DNA of 64,000 nucleotides. It comes from a virus. Below, piece after piece: positions 1-9,885 of the stretch. The stretch is taken from positions 32,001 to 96,000 of IMG/VR virus record IMGVR_UViG_3300034072_001149. One strand, given 5' to 3'. The notes below the pieces were generated by a model. The model was not told the DNA's origin and ran no database searches. It was given only the letters and a program-made list of their open reading frames with translations. The stretch's first letter is position 1; every line of letters starts with the position of its first letter. A program made the translations under genes and the position numbers.

Positions 1-98
1 GTATGATGGATCGTCAACAAGCACTGCGGGCTCGGATGACGCTAGATGTCGCGGCTGTTGTTGATCTACGTGAATTGAGAAACAAACTAGGAATTTAA
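1..98 (+). CDS. 3' end of a hypothetical protein (partial, window edge)
   Basis: Open frame from position 3 to TAA at 96-98 (MMDRQQALRARMTLDVAAVVDLRELRNKLGI). Confidence 0.5.
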   Translation, partial: MMDRQQALRARMTLDVAAVVDLRELRNKLGI

Positions 99-180
99 CC
101 TAACCTTTGCCTTTCTGGTTGACATCCTATCTCCTGAGTGTAGAACCAGGATATAGGCAGTAAGGCAAAGGAGATCGAAA

Positions 181-552
181 TTGGGCACTACCACACTCAA
201 GGATTATGGCCGCCATTCGGAACGCCATGGTGACATTCCTTTTTATTATGGCTTTCCCTATCGTTTTTGGTTTGGGGAGCACCAGCTGGCTCCGGAAGAC
301 GTCGAGACCTGGTGTCGTGAGAACTGCGTTGGCTTCTACAAGACGGTCAGCTATACCCACAAGTCGTCGGTCCGGGTCAAGGGCCAGCCCAACAAGTTCG
401 ATACCAAGGTGGTCTATATCGACAAGATCTACCTGGCCAGTGATGCTGATGCCATGCGCGTCAAGCTTCAGTTCGACGTTCGTGACGAGGTCGTGAAGCG
501 GCCGGAACGAATCAAGGCTCGGCGCAAGAAGCGCAGGGTAGTCAAGGCTTAA
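181..552 (+). CDS. Hypothetical phage protein, member of the DAxxFKL-like small-protein family
   Basis: AAGGAG Shine-Dalgarno before TTG; motif IYLASDADAMRVKLQF; basic tail. Confidence 0.7.
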   Translation: MGTTTLKDYGRHSERHGDIPFYYGFPYRFWFGEHQLAPEDVETWCRENCVGFYKTVSYTHKSSVRVKGQPNKFDTKVVYIDKIYLASDADAMRVKLQFDVRDEVVKRPERIKARRKKRRVVKA

Positions 553-568
553 CGCCTTGAAACGCAAG

Positions 569-605
569 AAAAAGGTCGGGGAACCAATCTCCGACCTTTT
601 TCTTT
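569..605. terminator. Intrinsic terminator, probably bidirectional
   Basis: AAAAAGGTCGGGGA...TCTCCGACCTTTTT stem-loop with A and T runs. Confidence 0.75.
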
Positions 606-680
606 ATTTTGAGTATTGATCTTTTGGATCATGCTCAGTATATAATGTTCTATCCATTGAACAACAAAAGGATATCGTTC

Positions 681-1181
681 ATGAAGACTATCGTTCTCGC
701 CGCCGTTGCGGCTCTGGCCGCAATGGCAACTCCTGCCGCAGCACAGGATTTCACCGGCGCTCGTGTTGGCGCAACTGTCGGCTACGACAACGTTCAGGGC
801 GTCGAAGACGTCGCTTACAATGCCGTGGTCGGATATGACCTGGCTGTTGCTCCCAAGGTGACGCTGGGCGCTGAAGCTACCCTGGGTGACTCGGAAATTT
901 CGACGGCCGGTGTGGCTGCTTCGCGCGACGTGGGCATCTCGCTCCGCGCTGGCTATATCGTGACTCCTCGTCTGCTGGCATTCGGCAAGGTCGGCTACGC
1001 AACGACCCGCGTCGAGACCCTGGTCGGCAACACCAACTTCGAAGGTGTTCGTTTCGGTGGCGGTCTGGAATATGCGGTGACGAAGAACGCCTATGTTTCG
1101 GCTGAATATGCTCGCACCGAGTATGAGGCCGGCATCGGTGGCCGCGACCAGGCACTGGTCGGCGTCGGCATCCGCTTCTAA
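681..1181 (+). CDS. Outer-membrane beta-barrel protein (Omp25/OmpA-membrane/porin-like), host-derived
   Basis: AAGGA SD before ATG 681; Ala-rich signal peptide MKTIVLAAVAALAAMATPAAA; alternating strands; LRAGY and GGGLEY motifs; terminal Phe (GIRF). Confidence 0.85.
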   Translation: MKTIVLAAVAALAAMATPAAAQDFTGARVGATVGYDNVQGVEDVAYNAVVGYDLAVAPKVTLGAEATLGDSEISTAGVAASRDVGISLRAGYIVTPRLLAFGKVGYATTRVETLVGNTNFEGVRFGGGLEYAVTKNAYVSAEYARTEYEAGIGGRDQALVGVGIRF

Positions 1182-1195
1182 TACAAGCGAAATTG

Positions 1196-1232
1196 AAATG
1201 GGCGGCTGGGCGCAAGCCTGGTCGCCCATTTC
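1196..1232 (+). terminator. Stem-loop after the OMP gene
   Basis: AAATGGGCGGCTGGGC-GCAA-GCCTGGTCGCCCATTT. Confidence 0.6.
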
Positions 1233-1275
1233 CATGAATATAGCATCTACCTACCTAATATGTTAACACCAGTTA

Positions 1276-1824
1276 ATGTTTACGTTATTCCTCCTAGCTT
1301 GTGCCCTTGCTGCTGACGGGTTCGCTGTTTCAATCTGTCGGGGAGCAGCAAGCAATCATAGCTGGAACAAGGCTATTGGAACCGGTATCATATTTGGGTT
1401 GATGCATGTTTTCATGATTGGTTTAGGCTGGTATGTTGGTGATATTATACACGACTGGAAAGACTTTGCTCCTTGGATTGCTTGTGCCATTCTCTGCCTT
1501 CTAGGCGGGAAAATGTTGATAGAAGGGCGAGAGGAGCCCGATAGCGTTGACGCAGGTCAGACTAATAGAGATATCAAGATCGCCCTCATAGGGCTTCTGA
1601 GCGCATCTGTGGCTACTAGCTTGGACGGTGCTGCTGCCGGTATTACTCTCCCTCTCATGGGGCTGAGCTTCTGGATTAACGCAATTGTAATAGGCGGAGT
1701 CACAACTGTGCTCTGTATTGCCGGATATAGAGCAGGCGCTCTTATAGGGGCTCGTTGGGGCAAATATGCGGAATCTGCGGGTGGTCTTGTGCTCATTGTG
1801 ATCGGTCTAAACCTTCTTCCTTGA
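1276..1824 (+). CDS. mntP: MntP-family manganese efflux pump
   Basis: Repeated ALAADGFAVSI / ATSLDGAAAGI motifs, about 6 TM helices, C-terminal AESAGGLVLIVIG. Confidence 0.85.
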   Translation: MFTLFLLACALAADGFAVSICRGAASNHSWNKAIGTGIIFGLMHVFMIGLGWYVGDIIHDWKDFAPWIACAILCLLGGKMLIEGREEPDSVDAGQTNRDIKIALIGLLSASVATSLDGAAAGITLPLMGLSFWINAIVIGGVTTVLCIAGYRAGALIGARWGKYAESAGGLVLIVIGLNLLP

Positions 1825-1872
1825 CAAACGGGCTCTAAATGTAGCAAATGCTGATAAAGCAAGGAGACGTTT

Positions 1873-2205
1873 ATGTTTGAGAAGACCCAAAAAGCTGTTA
1901 CTGAACTCAGTCAGGCAATTTCACAGGATTTGACATCCGCTGTCGCAATGGCCAAAGCTGTTGTGGTTCCAACGGTTACTGAGTATCTGAATAAGATCGC
2001 GGCGGCAGCTCAGAATACTTCACAGGGCGTTCAGGACGGTTCGCTGTTCAAGGCCACCGAGCAGGTAGTCAAGCCTGTAGCCGATCCGCTTCCCACTGAA
2101 GCACAGAACGATGCTATCAAGGTTCTACGGGCGCTCGGCAAAACTGACGAAGAGATCGCCAAGGCTGTTGGAGTCTCGGTCTTGACAGTGAAGATGGCAG
2201 TTTGA
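1873..2205 (+). CDS. Hypothetical protein with C-terminal helix-turn-helix
   Basis: AAGGAG SD; C-terminus LRALGKTDEEIAKAVGVSVLTVK is HTH-like. Confidence 0.65.
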   Translation: MFEKTQKAVTELSQAISQDLTSAVAMAKAVVVPTVTEYLNKIAAAAQNTSQGVQDGSLFKATEQVVKPVADPLPTEAQNDAIKVLRALGKTDEEIAKAVGVSVLTVKMAV

Positions 2206-2206
2206 C

Positions 2207-3040
2207 TTGATATCTGAATCACATCGTCGAGCCCTCAGTGAATCTTTGAAAAGAGGATTCGCTGAGGGTCGTTCTGCGAATAAAGGTAAGTTGGGGAAAA
2301 AGGATTCTCCTGAAACTCGGGAGAAGAAACGACTTGCTGCCTTGAATCGTAAGCCCCACAGCCAGGAAACCAAGGACAAGATAGGTAAAGCACATAAAGG
2401 TAAGATAATGCCTCGTGAAGCGGTAGAGAAGCAACAAGCTAGCTATCTTGAAGCCATAGAGAGAAATGGTGGCGGTTTTGCCACTGGTCCACGGTCACAA
2501 GAGATGCGTGATCGAATGAGTGAGATCGCGAAGAATCGTCCTGAATCTGAATGGCGGCCAAAGATGGAAGCCGCGTGGGAAGCTCGTCGAGGCGTTAAAC
2601 TCTCTCCTGAGCAATGTGAAAAACATCGCCAAGCTACTTTAAAATGGATGCAGGAAAATCCTACAAGGGTCTTCAACACCAAAGTTGAATTAGCCTTTAG
2701 ATCTGAGCTTGATTCTCGAGGAATAGCTTATGTCCAGCAGTTCAGAATAGAAAACCATCCCTACGACTTCTTTCTATCTGATTATAATACCATTGTTGAA
2801 ATAGATGGTCCACACCACTGGAAAGGTCCAATCTGGGGCGTTTCTGGCAAAACCCAAGAAGAGAAAGATCAGATCTTTGAACGCCAATTAAACAAAGATG
2901 CTCGAGAAAACATGATTGCTGGTCTTTATGGATATCGTATTGTTCGTTTGCCAGTAGGTTCTAAACTAGATAATGGACCATATGGTCCATTTTTGGAAGT
3001 TCTCAAATCTCAAGGTTTAGAACTCAAAGAAAAGGAGTGA
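2207..3040 (+). CDS. Free-standing homing endonuclease (NUMOD3 repeats plus DUF559/Vsr-like nuclease)
   Basis: NUMOD3 motifs (HSQETKDKIGKAHKGK, SPETREKKR); C-terminal YDFFL...VEIDGPHH. Confidence 0.8.
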   Translation: MISESHRRALSESLKRGFAEGRSANKGKLGKKDSPETREKKRLAALNRKPHSQETKDKIGKAHKGKIMPREAVEKQQASYLEAIERNGGGFATGPRSQEMRDRMSEIAKNRPESEWRPKMEAAWEARRGVKLSPEQCEKHRQATLKWMQENPTRVFNTKVELAFRSELDSRGIAYVQQFRIENHPYDFFLSDYNTIVEIDGPHHWKGPIWGVSGKTQEEKDQIFERQLNKDARENMIAGLYGYRIVRLPVGSKLDNGPYGPFLEVLKSQGLELKEKE

Positions 3041-3065
3041 CCCTTTCGGGTCACTCCCTTTTTTT
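3032..3065. terminator. Bidirectional terminator between the endonuclease and major capsid genes
   Basis: AAAGGAGTGACCC-TTTC-GGGTCACTCCCTTTTTTT; a second inverted repeat CGTGGTGTAAT..ATTACACCACG lies at about 3071-3095. Confidence 0.8.
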
Positions 3066-3106
3066 GAAGTCGTGGTGTAATAAAATTACACCACGTTGTA
3101 ATAAAA

Positions 3107-4330
3107 TTACAAAAACTTCAGGTTGTTGGTGTTGATACCAACCAGACCTAGGTAGTCTGCAGCGTTACCCAGCGACGATGCGCTGTTGGTGAGCTCCAGG
3201 TAACCATAACGGGTCATGAACGAAACCACTGGCTCGAAAGTCTGTGGATCGATAACAACGCCCGAAGAGGTCAGTGGGACGTATGGGCAGTAGTATGCCG
3301 CAGCGTCGATTTCACCCTGGCCTTTGTAACCAACGAGAACAGGAGTGTCGTCCTGTGCGTACTGGTCAACGTAGACGCGCAGCGAGTTGTTCAGCGTACC
3401 AACATACTTGGTGTTGGTTGGTGCTTCAAACACGCCTTCGGTGGTGCGAGCGAACGCCGAAGTAGTAGCAGACTGCAGGATGGTCAGAGCGGTTGGGCTC
3501 ACAACAATCCAGTTAGCTGCGCCACGACGGGTGCGCTGTGCGATCAGGTTAGCCTGACGGTTGATCAGAACCGAAAGAGCAGCATGTTCGTCACCGACGA
3601 ACGTTGCGGTGCCCGAAACCGAACCCTGGTCATAGATAGCAGTCGCAGCACCTGGAAGCATACGCAGCGAGTTCAGGATTTCCTGGTCGATTTCTGCGGT
3701 GATTTCCTGTGCCAGAGCAGCCATGATTTCAGCTTCAATGTCGATGCCCTGCTGAGCCTGTGCGTCCTGCTGAGCCTCAAAGGTCCAACGAGCGCTCAGA
3801 CGACGAGTCTTAGCTTCGACGGTTTCCTTCAGGATCTGGATCGACAGACGGTTGCCTGGGCGACCTTCAAGAGCTGCGGTCGAAGCAGCACGTGGGTTCT
3901 GAGCGTTGGTTTCACCGTTACCCGAATATGCCTTAGCAATATCGAATGGGCTTAGTGCTTCTGCGCCAGCGGTAACACCAGCAGCGTTGTCCGCATAGCG
4001 AACGCGCAGGGTGTGGATCTGAGCAACAGGACCAGTCATTGGCTGAACGCCGATGATTTCGTTAGCAATAACGGTTGGCATAACGCGACGCAGAACTGGA
4101 AGGATAACCTTGTTCATTGTTGCCACGTTACCAGCAGCGGTGCCACCAGCGGAAGCTGTTTCCATCAGAGGGTTACGACGCATCAGATCCTGGCGAGTGT
4201 TCTCTAGAACAGTCTCCATAACCTTCTGCTTGTTGGGGTTTGGCGAGCCATCCATGTTGACCTGCAGGTCGCGACCCTCGCAGAGAGCCTCCTTGGTAGC
4301 CTTCCAATTGCTTTCAAAAAGATTAGCCAT
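3107..4330 (-). CDS. Major capsid protein (T4 gp23-like)
   Basis: GVQPMTGP, VEAKTRRLSARWTFEAQQD, EITAEIDQEI, YCPYVPL and FMTRYG motifs. Confidence 0.97.
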   Translation of the reverse strand: MANLFESNWKATKEALCEGRDLQVNMDGSPNPNKQKVMETVLENTRQDLMRRNPLMETASAGGTAAGNVATMNKVILPVLRRVMPTVIANEIIGVQPMTGPVAQIHTLRVRYADNAAGVTAGAEALSPFDIAKAYSGNGETNAQNPRAASTAALEGRPGNRLSIQILKETVEAKTRRLSARWTFEAQQDAQAQQGIDIEAEIMAALAQEITAEIDQEILNSLRMLPGAATAIYDQGSVSGTATFVGDEHAALSVLINRQANLIAQRTRRGAANWIVVSPTALTILQSATTSAFARTTEGVFEAPTNTKYVGTLNNSLRVYVDQYAQDDTPVLVGYKGQGEIDAAAYYCPYVPLTSSGVVIDPQTFEPVVSFMTRYGYLELTNSASSLGNAADYLGLVGINTNNLKFL

Positions 4331-4344
4331 TGTAAAGATTCTCC

Positions 4345-5754
4345 TTATTCTTCAATTCCAGCCAGTCGGCGAAGCTCTGCAATCTCGGAAGTCGACTTTG
4401 CAGGGGCATCCTCCGCGCGGGCAGATTCAGCAAGTGGGTTGACGCGGTTGCCAGTTACGGCCACCGTCTTCTTAGGTTCGGCAGCAGTCTCAGACAGCGT
4501 GCGACGACCCTGGTTTGCGCTCCTCATGCCCTCGTTGAGGACAGTTGGAAGGTACTTTTGGAAGGCTTCTTTGAGCTTATCCGTTTTCACGGTTTCAAGA
4601 AGTTCTTCCATCACGTTCCTCTTCTCCTTACTTAGTGGGGAGAGAAGTTCGTTCTTGATCTGAATACGAGCAGCGCGCTCTTCAGCTAGCTTTGCCTTGC
4701 GGGCAGCTAGCGTGATTTGTTCGTTCTTCTCGTTCAGAATCTGGTTAGCAGCTTCTAGCTGGCTCTTGCTTTCGTTGAGCTGCGCCTGCAGCTTACGAAC
4801 TTCAGAACCTTCGCTTAGGTAGCTGGTCATGAACTCGGCTTGGAAAGCTTCAAACAGTCGGCGACCGAACATATTGTTGCGGGCTTCCTGGATGTCTTCC
4901 TTCAGCTGAGTCAATTCGCTGCGGATCTGAGCGTCGATGGTTGATTCAACTAGCTTGCTTGCGCGAGCAATGAATGCCTTCTTGGTCTCATCCAACTTTG
5001 CCTTGGACTCAGCAATCAAACGAACCTTGGCTTCAACAAGAGCATTCTTGTCTTCTTCCAGTTCCTTGATTTCCTTGTTCAGGTTTTCGAGAACAAAGTT
5101 CTCGAGCTTGTTAATACGGGCAGCGGTCTGCTCGTTCATCGAAATACGGTGCTCACGAAGCTTCTTCGCATCTGCGACGCGCTGCTCAGCAAGTGCCTTT
5201 TCCTGTGCCTTAACCGAACCAATCTCTTCAGATAGCTTGGTCATGACAAACTGTTCGATGCGAGAAGTGTGTTCAGCAAGCTTGGCATCATAAGAAGCCT
5301 TGGCTTCCGAGATTTCCTTTGCTAGCTTGACACGCTGTTCCTGCATTAGAGCGTGATCTTCTGAAATGCCCTTTAGCTCTTCAGCCAACTGGGTCATAAC
5401 AAACTGCTCAAGCATCTTGGTGTGCTCAGCAATCTTAGCCTTGTAAGAAGCACGAGCTTCCTTGATGGCCACTGTTAGATTAGCGCGCTCTTCATTTAGT
5501 GCCTTAGTCGCCGCAACCGACTCAATCGCATACTGCTTAACAGCATCGGTGAGCATGTTGTCCATTGCTTCAACAAGGTTACCCTTGTCAGCTTCAAAGC
5601 GAACCGAAAACTCTTCGCGAACCTGTTCTTCAACTTCCTCACGGATAGAAGAACGGACCTCGTCTAGCTTTGCGTTCCAGGCTTCCTCGAGTGCGGTTTT
5701 TGTGTCTTCGTTTAGAAGACCCGACTCCAGGAGTGAATTTAGTCCATTATCCAT
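4345..5754 (-). CDS. Prohead core/scaffold protein (T4 gp22-like)
   Basis: Long Glu/Lys/Ala coiled coil between protease and capsid genes. Confidence 0.85.
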   Translation of the reverse strand: MDNGLNSLLESGLLNEDTKTALEEAWNAKLDEVRSSIREEVEEQVREEFSVRFEADKGNLVEAMDNMLTDAVKQYAIESVAATKALNEERANLTVAIKEARASYKAKIAEHTKMLEQFVMTQLAEELKGISEDHALMQEQRVKLAKEISEAKASYDAKLAEHTSRIEQFVMTKLSEEIGSVKAQEKALAEQRVADAKKLREHRISMNEQTAARINKLENFVLENLNKEIKELEEDKNALVEAKVRLIAESKAKLDETKKAFIARASKLVESTIDAQIRSELTQLKEDIQEARNNMFGRRLFEAFQAEFMTSYLSEGSEVRKLQAQLNESKSQLEAANQILNEKNEQITLAARKAKLAEERAARIQIKNELLSPLSKEKRNVMEELLETVKTDKLKEAFQKYLPTVLNEGMRSANQGRRTLSETAAEPKKTVAVTGNRVNPLAESARAEDAPAKSTSEIAELRRLAGIEE

Positions 5755-5765
5755 GAAACTTCTCC

Positions 5766-6404
5766 TTAGGCTTTGAGGTTGTGGATCCAGTTCAAGAGCT
5801 CTTTAGCAAGATGCCCTTGTGCCTTTGGATCATGCTTCACGGCATGTGCCAGATCTTCAATGACCGCACCACGACGACGCATATTCAGCGCCTCGTAGAC
5901 TGCCTTGGGATAAGCCTCTGGTGCCGATGGACGCGCTACGATATCAACAGTAACGATTTCAAAATCTGAAACGTTACCATGTTCGTCTACGTTACCGGAA
6001 CCGCGAGAGCTAACACCAAGCTTCACACCATTCTCAAGAAGGGTGCGAACAATGTTGCCCATTGGGGTTGGGAGAATCTTCAGCTTGCCCATACCATTTG
6101 GACCATCCATATACATCTCGGTGATCATGTGTGAAACACGGTCGATGTTAATGTTCAGTTCCTCAGGGTGGTCGGCTTCGCCGAGAACACTCTCTCCCCT
6201 ACGTAGGGTGTCATTGATGCTATCAACAGCCATGCGAATTTCGCTAACTGGATAGACTCTCTGGTTATGGTTCTTGGTACCGCCCTGGACGAAAATACCG
6301 CGCATGAACAAGTCCTTGGGCTTGCCATCTACGCCACTTGCGCCCTCTTCAACGACGCACTTAGCTTCGTCAAAGTTCATTCTTTCGGTGAGAACCAATG
6401 CCAT
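5766..6404 (-). CDS. Prohead maturation protease (T4 gp21-like)
   Basis: NHNQRVYP, LGEADHP, GVSSRGSG and DIVARPSAPEAY motifs. Confidence 0.95.
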   Translation of the reverse strand: MALVLTERMNFDEAKCVVEEGASGVDGKPKDLFMRGIFVQGGTKNHNQRVYPVSEIRMAVDSINDTLRRGESVLGEADHPEELNINIDRVSHMITEMYMDGPNGMGKLKILPTPMGNIVRTLLENGVKLGVSSRGSGNVDEHGNVSDFEIVTVDIVARPSAPEAYPKAVYEALNMRRRGAVIEDLAHAVKHDPKAQGHLAKELLNWIHNLKA

Positions 6405-6409
6405 GTTGC

Positions 6410-7357
6410 TTACTTCCTCTTGAAGTCGGAACCACGTAGATCAGTTGCCTGACCGATTGGGCTCTTTGGCGAATCGGAACCAAAACCATCCTTGGAATTC
6501 AGCTTAGCCGACTTGTCGCCTTCCTTGCTGACCTTGGACTGGCCATCAGTTGCCTTCTTAACCTGGTTCTTCAGTAGAGGACGAGCCTTTACTTCTGGAG
6601 CAGCTTCGCGGTCATGACCTTCGTGATGATCGCTGTGGATTTCCACGGCCTTGCCACCAACGCGGTCATCGGCATCGTGCTCTGGAAGAGGGCTCTTGTC
6701 GTTAACAGCAACCTTCGCACCGTCAGCGCCAATTTCCTTACCACCGTTGAGGTTTGGATCCTTTACAGGCTCAAGAGTCCAGGATTCTTCGAGATCAGCA
6801 AAATCGTCTTCCGACTCAGTTACTTCTTCGTCTGCTTCTGCAGATTCAAAAGCCGGGGCTTCTTCAGTCTGTTCTTCATCACCTTCCATGTCAGCTGGCT
6901 CTTCAATGTCTGCGTCCAGTTCAGGACCCATTTCTTCGCCTGCTTCATCAGCACCGGTGATTTCAGCAAATTCCGCCTTGAGGCGAGCCATTACAGCTTC
7001 TAGATCCTCAATGGTATCTGCAATAGTTTCTTCGGCTGGAAGCTCTTCGCCACCAACCATGTCTGCGTCCATATCAGCAGGCAGCTCTTCACTGTCAGCT
7101 TCTAGGTCCGCATCAGTCTCTTCGCCTTCAGCTTCGTCTTCAGCATTGTCGCCTTCAGCTTCGCTGTAGAACTCTTCAGACTCGATTGCTTCCTGGTCAT
7201 CCTCGATGTCCTGGGAAAGCGTATTGTCCTCCGACATAAGCTCTTCGTGGATCTGCTTGCTGCGCTCCACGAACCACTCGTGCAGGAGACCAGCTGCCTC
7301 GTTCTGCTCCTCATTGATGAGCATTTCGAGCACCTTGTTCAGGTCAACTGTCTTCAT
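6410..7357 (-). CDS. Acidic prohead core/internal protein (paralog A)
   Basis: AAGGAG SD before ATG 7357; Asp/Glu-rich; late promoter upstream; shares N- and C-termini with 7522..8976. Confidence 0.7.
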   Translation of the reverse strand: MKTVDLNKVLEMLINEEQNEAAGLLHEWFVERSKQIHEELMSEDNTLSQDIEDDQEAIESEEFYSEAEGDNAEDEAEGEETDADLEADSEELPADMDADMVGGEELPAEETIADTIEDLEAVMARLKAEFAEITGADEAGEEMGPELDADIEEPADMEGDEEQTEEAPAFESAEADEEVTESEDDFADLEESWTLEPVKDPNLNGGKEIGADGAKVAVNDKSPLPEHDADDRVGGKAVEIHSDHHEGHDREAAPEVKARPLLKNQVKKATDGQSKVSKEGDKSAKLNSKDGFGSDSPKSPIGQATDLRGSDFKRK

Positions 7358-7485
7358 AGTTGCTCTCCTTGTTACATTGAACATCGCGTGGCTCTGTTCA
7401 CCAAGTATTTAACCAAAGTGCTTCACAGCTAAGTGAAAAGGGTCAAAAACTTAGATTTTTGAGTTTTTGATGTTCAGATTGTTAT

Positions 7486-7511
7486 GGTGGGGAGTTTTTC
7501 ACTCCCCACCA
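7486..7511. terminator. Stem-loop between the core-protein genes
   Basis: TGGTGGGGAGT-TTTTC-ACTCCCCACCA. Confidence 0.6.
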
Positions 7512-7521
7512 ACACTGTCTC

Positions 7522-8976
7522 TTACTTTTTGAGACCTTTCGAACCCTTGCCACTAATTGGCGACTGGGTATTCACCGAACCATCCATTTTATTCAGAAGA
7601 GCCGACTTTGGTGCCGTGACCTTCTTTGGATCGTCCTTGGAATTCTGGACATGATGCTTGACTGGAGCATCCTTGACCTTTGGAGCCTTTTCAAGAGCAT
7701 GACCTTTGTGGTCTTTGCTCTTGATCTCGACGGCTTCGCCACCTACTCGCTTGTCACCCTTCTTTGAAGGAAGAGTCGACTTGGTGTTTACTGGCACTTT
7801 GCCTTCTTCACCAACTTGTGCTCCTTCAACATTCTGAAGCTTATCTGAGACGGTTTCTAGACCAGCAAAGCTCTCCTGTAGCTCAGCGATAAGAGACTCA
7901 ACGGTATTTGCCTTTGTGTCATTTCTCCAGGCGCGCTCTTCAGCATTGCTGTTACGATCAAATTCTTTGGAGAATTCTTCGTCGTCAGCTGATTCATCAA
8001 CTTCATCTTCGTCGTCGAATTCTTCATCTTCATCGTCATATTCGTATTCAGCAGCAATGCTCTTTTCAACATGATCGCTGATTGCCTGAGCCAGTGGGAT
8101 TTTGATTTCATCTGGCATCTGGGACGATGGCAAGACATTCCCCGTGCTATCATCATCAGGAAGTTCGTCACTTGCTTCGATTTCCGCCATTACACCTTTA
8201 ACGCTGTAGTCAGAATACTGTTCAGTGAAAAGAAGATTGATGAAATATCCGTTTACTATTCCAATAAAGCCGACTTGTGGTCCCGACGTTGGGTTACCAT
8301 CCTGCTCTACTTCTAGATCAGGATATCCTTCCAAGGAATACAAATCAAAATCATCATCGTCAGATTCAGTCACTTCGCCTTCATACTGAAGAGCAGCTTT
8401 TTCTTTACGTGCTTTGTTGGCAACCATATCAAGACCAACAATACGACGACCAATCTTTTCATCATCAGCATTTGGTTGATCACGATACTTGCGGGCCTTC
8501 TTTGCGTATGCCATCTGGGTGTCGCGAGATAGTTCGTTAATCTGAGATTCGTCCATGTCTTCATCACCAGACAAGGTGGCTACAACATAGGCGATAGAAA
8601 CTTCACGCTCTTCATCTGGCCAAATACCACTGTCAAAGACTTCTTGATCGTCGACATTTCGCATCAGTTCAGCCATTACATCGTCATGCCCATCATAAAC
8701 GTCGGCTTCATAAGGCACTTGTATCCAAAAAATTTGAGCGAGGTCTTCACCTAGATCGAATTCTTCCATCCCCTCAGTCTGGCCACTTTGAATCATATCA
8801 CCAATCTGATCTAGAATGTCGTAAACATCGTCTTCAGTATTTTCCATTACCGGTTGGACGATTTGCTTGTGGACCTTTTTACCTTGCTCAACAAACCACT
8901 CATGTAGAGCAGCCTGGGCGTCTTCCACGTTATCGCTGTTAAGCGATTCCATGATATCCATTAGAGTGATTTTCAT
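7522..8976 (-). CDS. Acidic prohead core/internal protein (paralog B)
   Basis: LHEWFVE N-terminal motif and RVGGEAVEIKS..H.GH C-terminal motif shared with 6410..7357; late promoter upstream. Confidence 0.7.
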   Translation of the reverse strand: MKITLMDIMESLNSDNVEDAQAALHEWFVEQGKKVHKQIVQPVMENTEDDVYDILDQIGDMIQSGQTEGMEEFDLGEDLAQIFWIQVPYEADVYDGHDDVMAELMRNVDDQEVFDSGIWPDEEREVSIAYVVATLSGDEDMDESQINELSRDTQMAYAKKARKYRDQPNADDEKIGRRIVGLDMVANKARKEKAALQYEGEVTESDDDDFDLYSLEGYPDLEVEQDGNPTSGPQVGFIGIVNGYFINLLFTEQYSDYSVKGVMAEIEASDELPDDDSTGNVLPSSQMPDEIKIPLAQAISDHVEKSIAAEYEYDDEDEEFDDEDEVDESADDEEFSKEFDRNSNAEERAWRNDTKANTVESLIAELQESFAGLETVSDKLQNVEGAQVGEEGKVPVNTKSTLPSKKGDKRVGGEAVEIKSKDHKGHALEKAPKVKDAPVKHHVQNSKDDPKKVTAPKSALLNKMDGSVNTQSPISGKGSKGLKK

Positions 8977-9105
8977 TTTTTCTCCTTCGCGAAAGGAATC
9001 AGAGATAAAACTCTGATATTCGTTCGTATTTACCGTAAAGGCAAATCACCTTTGATGTTTGACAGGTGGTCTTTGTCTGCTAAGATGCGGTCAAAGGAGA
9101 AAAGC

Positions 9106-9552
9106 GTGCTTCAGATTAATCCACAGCTTATTGAAGGAGTTAACTCCTTCAAGGAAAAAGCAGATCGTTCATTCCTGAACCTGTTGCGCGAAATGGACCG
9201 CAACGATATACAGGGCCAAGCAACAATTCGATATCTCATCCAGCTCAAGCACTGGCCCTTTACCCCAGATAGTGAATTCGCAGGGCTTCTAGAGCATTTC
9301 TTTGGTTCTTATGAAGGCAGAAAGTCATTATCTCCTCAAGAATACCAGAACACGACCTTTGAGATGATAAAGAGTGCCTGGGATTATGAATGCGTATTAC
9401 CAGTAGTTGAACCAAAAGAGCCGGTTGTTGAAAAGACCAAATCAAGTCATAAAGCTTCCAAACCAAAAATGGTAAGTGAAGATAGTCTTGAAGAAGGTGA
9501 AAGCGGCTCAAAGACTTTCAAATCTATCAATCAAGCAGCCTCTGAAACTTGA
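9106..9552 (+). CDS. Hypothetical protein (early-type gene inserted in the head cluster)
   Basis: TTGACA...TGCTAAGAT promoter at about 9059-9085; AAGGAG SD before GTG 9106. Confidence 0.6.
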   Translation: MLQINPQLIEGVNSFKEKADRSFLNLLREMDRNDIQGQATIRYLIQLKHWPFTPDSEFAGLLEHFFGSYEGRKSLSPQEYQNTTFEMIKSAWDYECVLPVVEPKEPVVEKTKSSHKASKPKMVSEDSLEEGESGSKTFKSINQAASET

Positions 9553-9597
9553 TCTAGAAGACCAAAGATTCTAGAATAGGTGTAAGGAGTTTCTTGA

Positions 9598-9885
9598 ATG
9601 CAGAGCGAAAAGATCAAAACCATTGTGGCCCAAGTCAAAGCATTGTCTAGGGGCGAGGAAGAAGCTGAAAATGTAATGATGGCAATGGTAAAGGATATGG
9701 CCAGATCGCCAACTTTTGCTGTTGCTATTATTCACCGACTAAAGGATGAAGGGATAGACCTTCTCAGTCAAGACGGTGATACCGCGGAAGTTTTCAAATC
9801 CAAATTCAGACCACAGATGGAAAAACTGGGTGAGCGTGAACTCACCCAGATCAAGAAGATTTCAGGAAAGCTATTTCAGGAGTAG
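9598..9885 (+). CDS. Hypothetical protein
   Basis: AAGGAG SD; ends in TAG. Confidence 0.65.
   Translation: MQSEKIKTIVAQVKALSRGEEEAENVMMAMVKDMARSPTFAVAIIHRLKDEGIDLLSQDGDTAEVFKSKFRPQMEKLGERELTQIKKISGKLFQE

Noticed and set aside
549-1235. 228-aa minus-strand ORF and other long antisense ORFs (e.g. 60226..60879, 58909..59382, 6651..7169)
   Set aside because: Shadows of well-supported genes on the opposite strand
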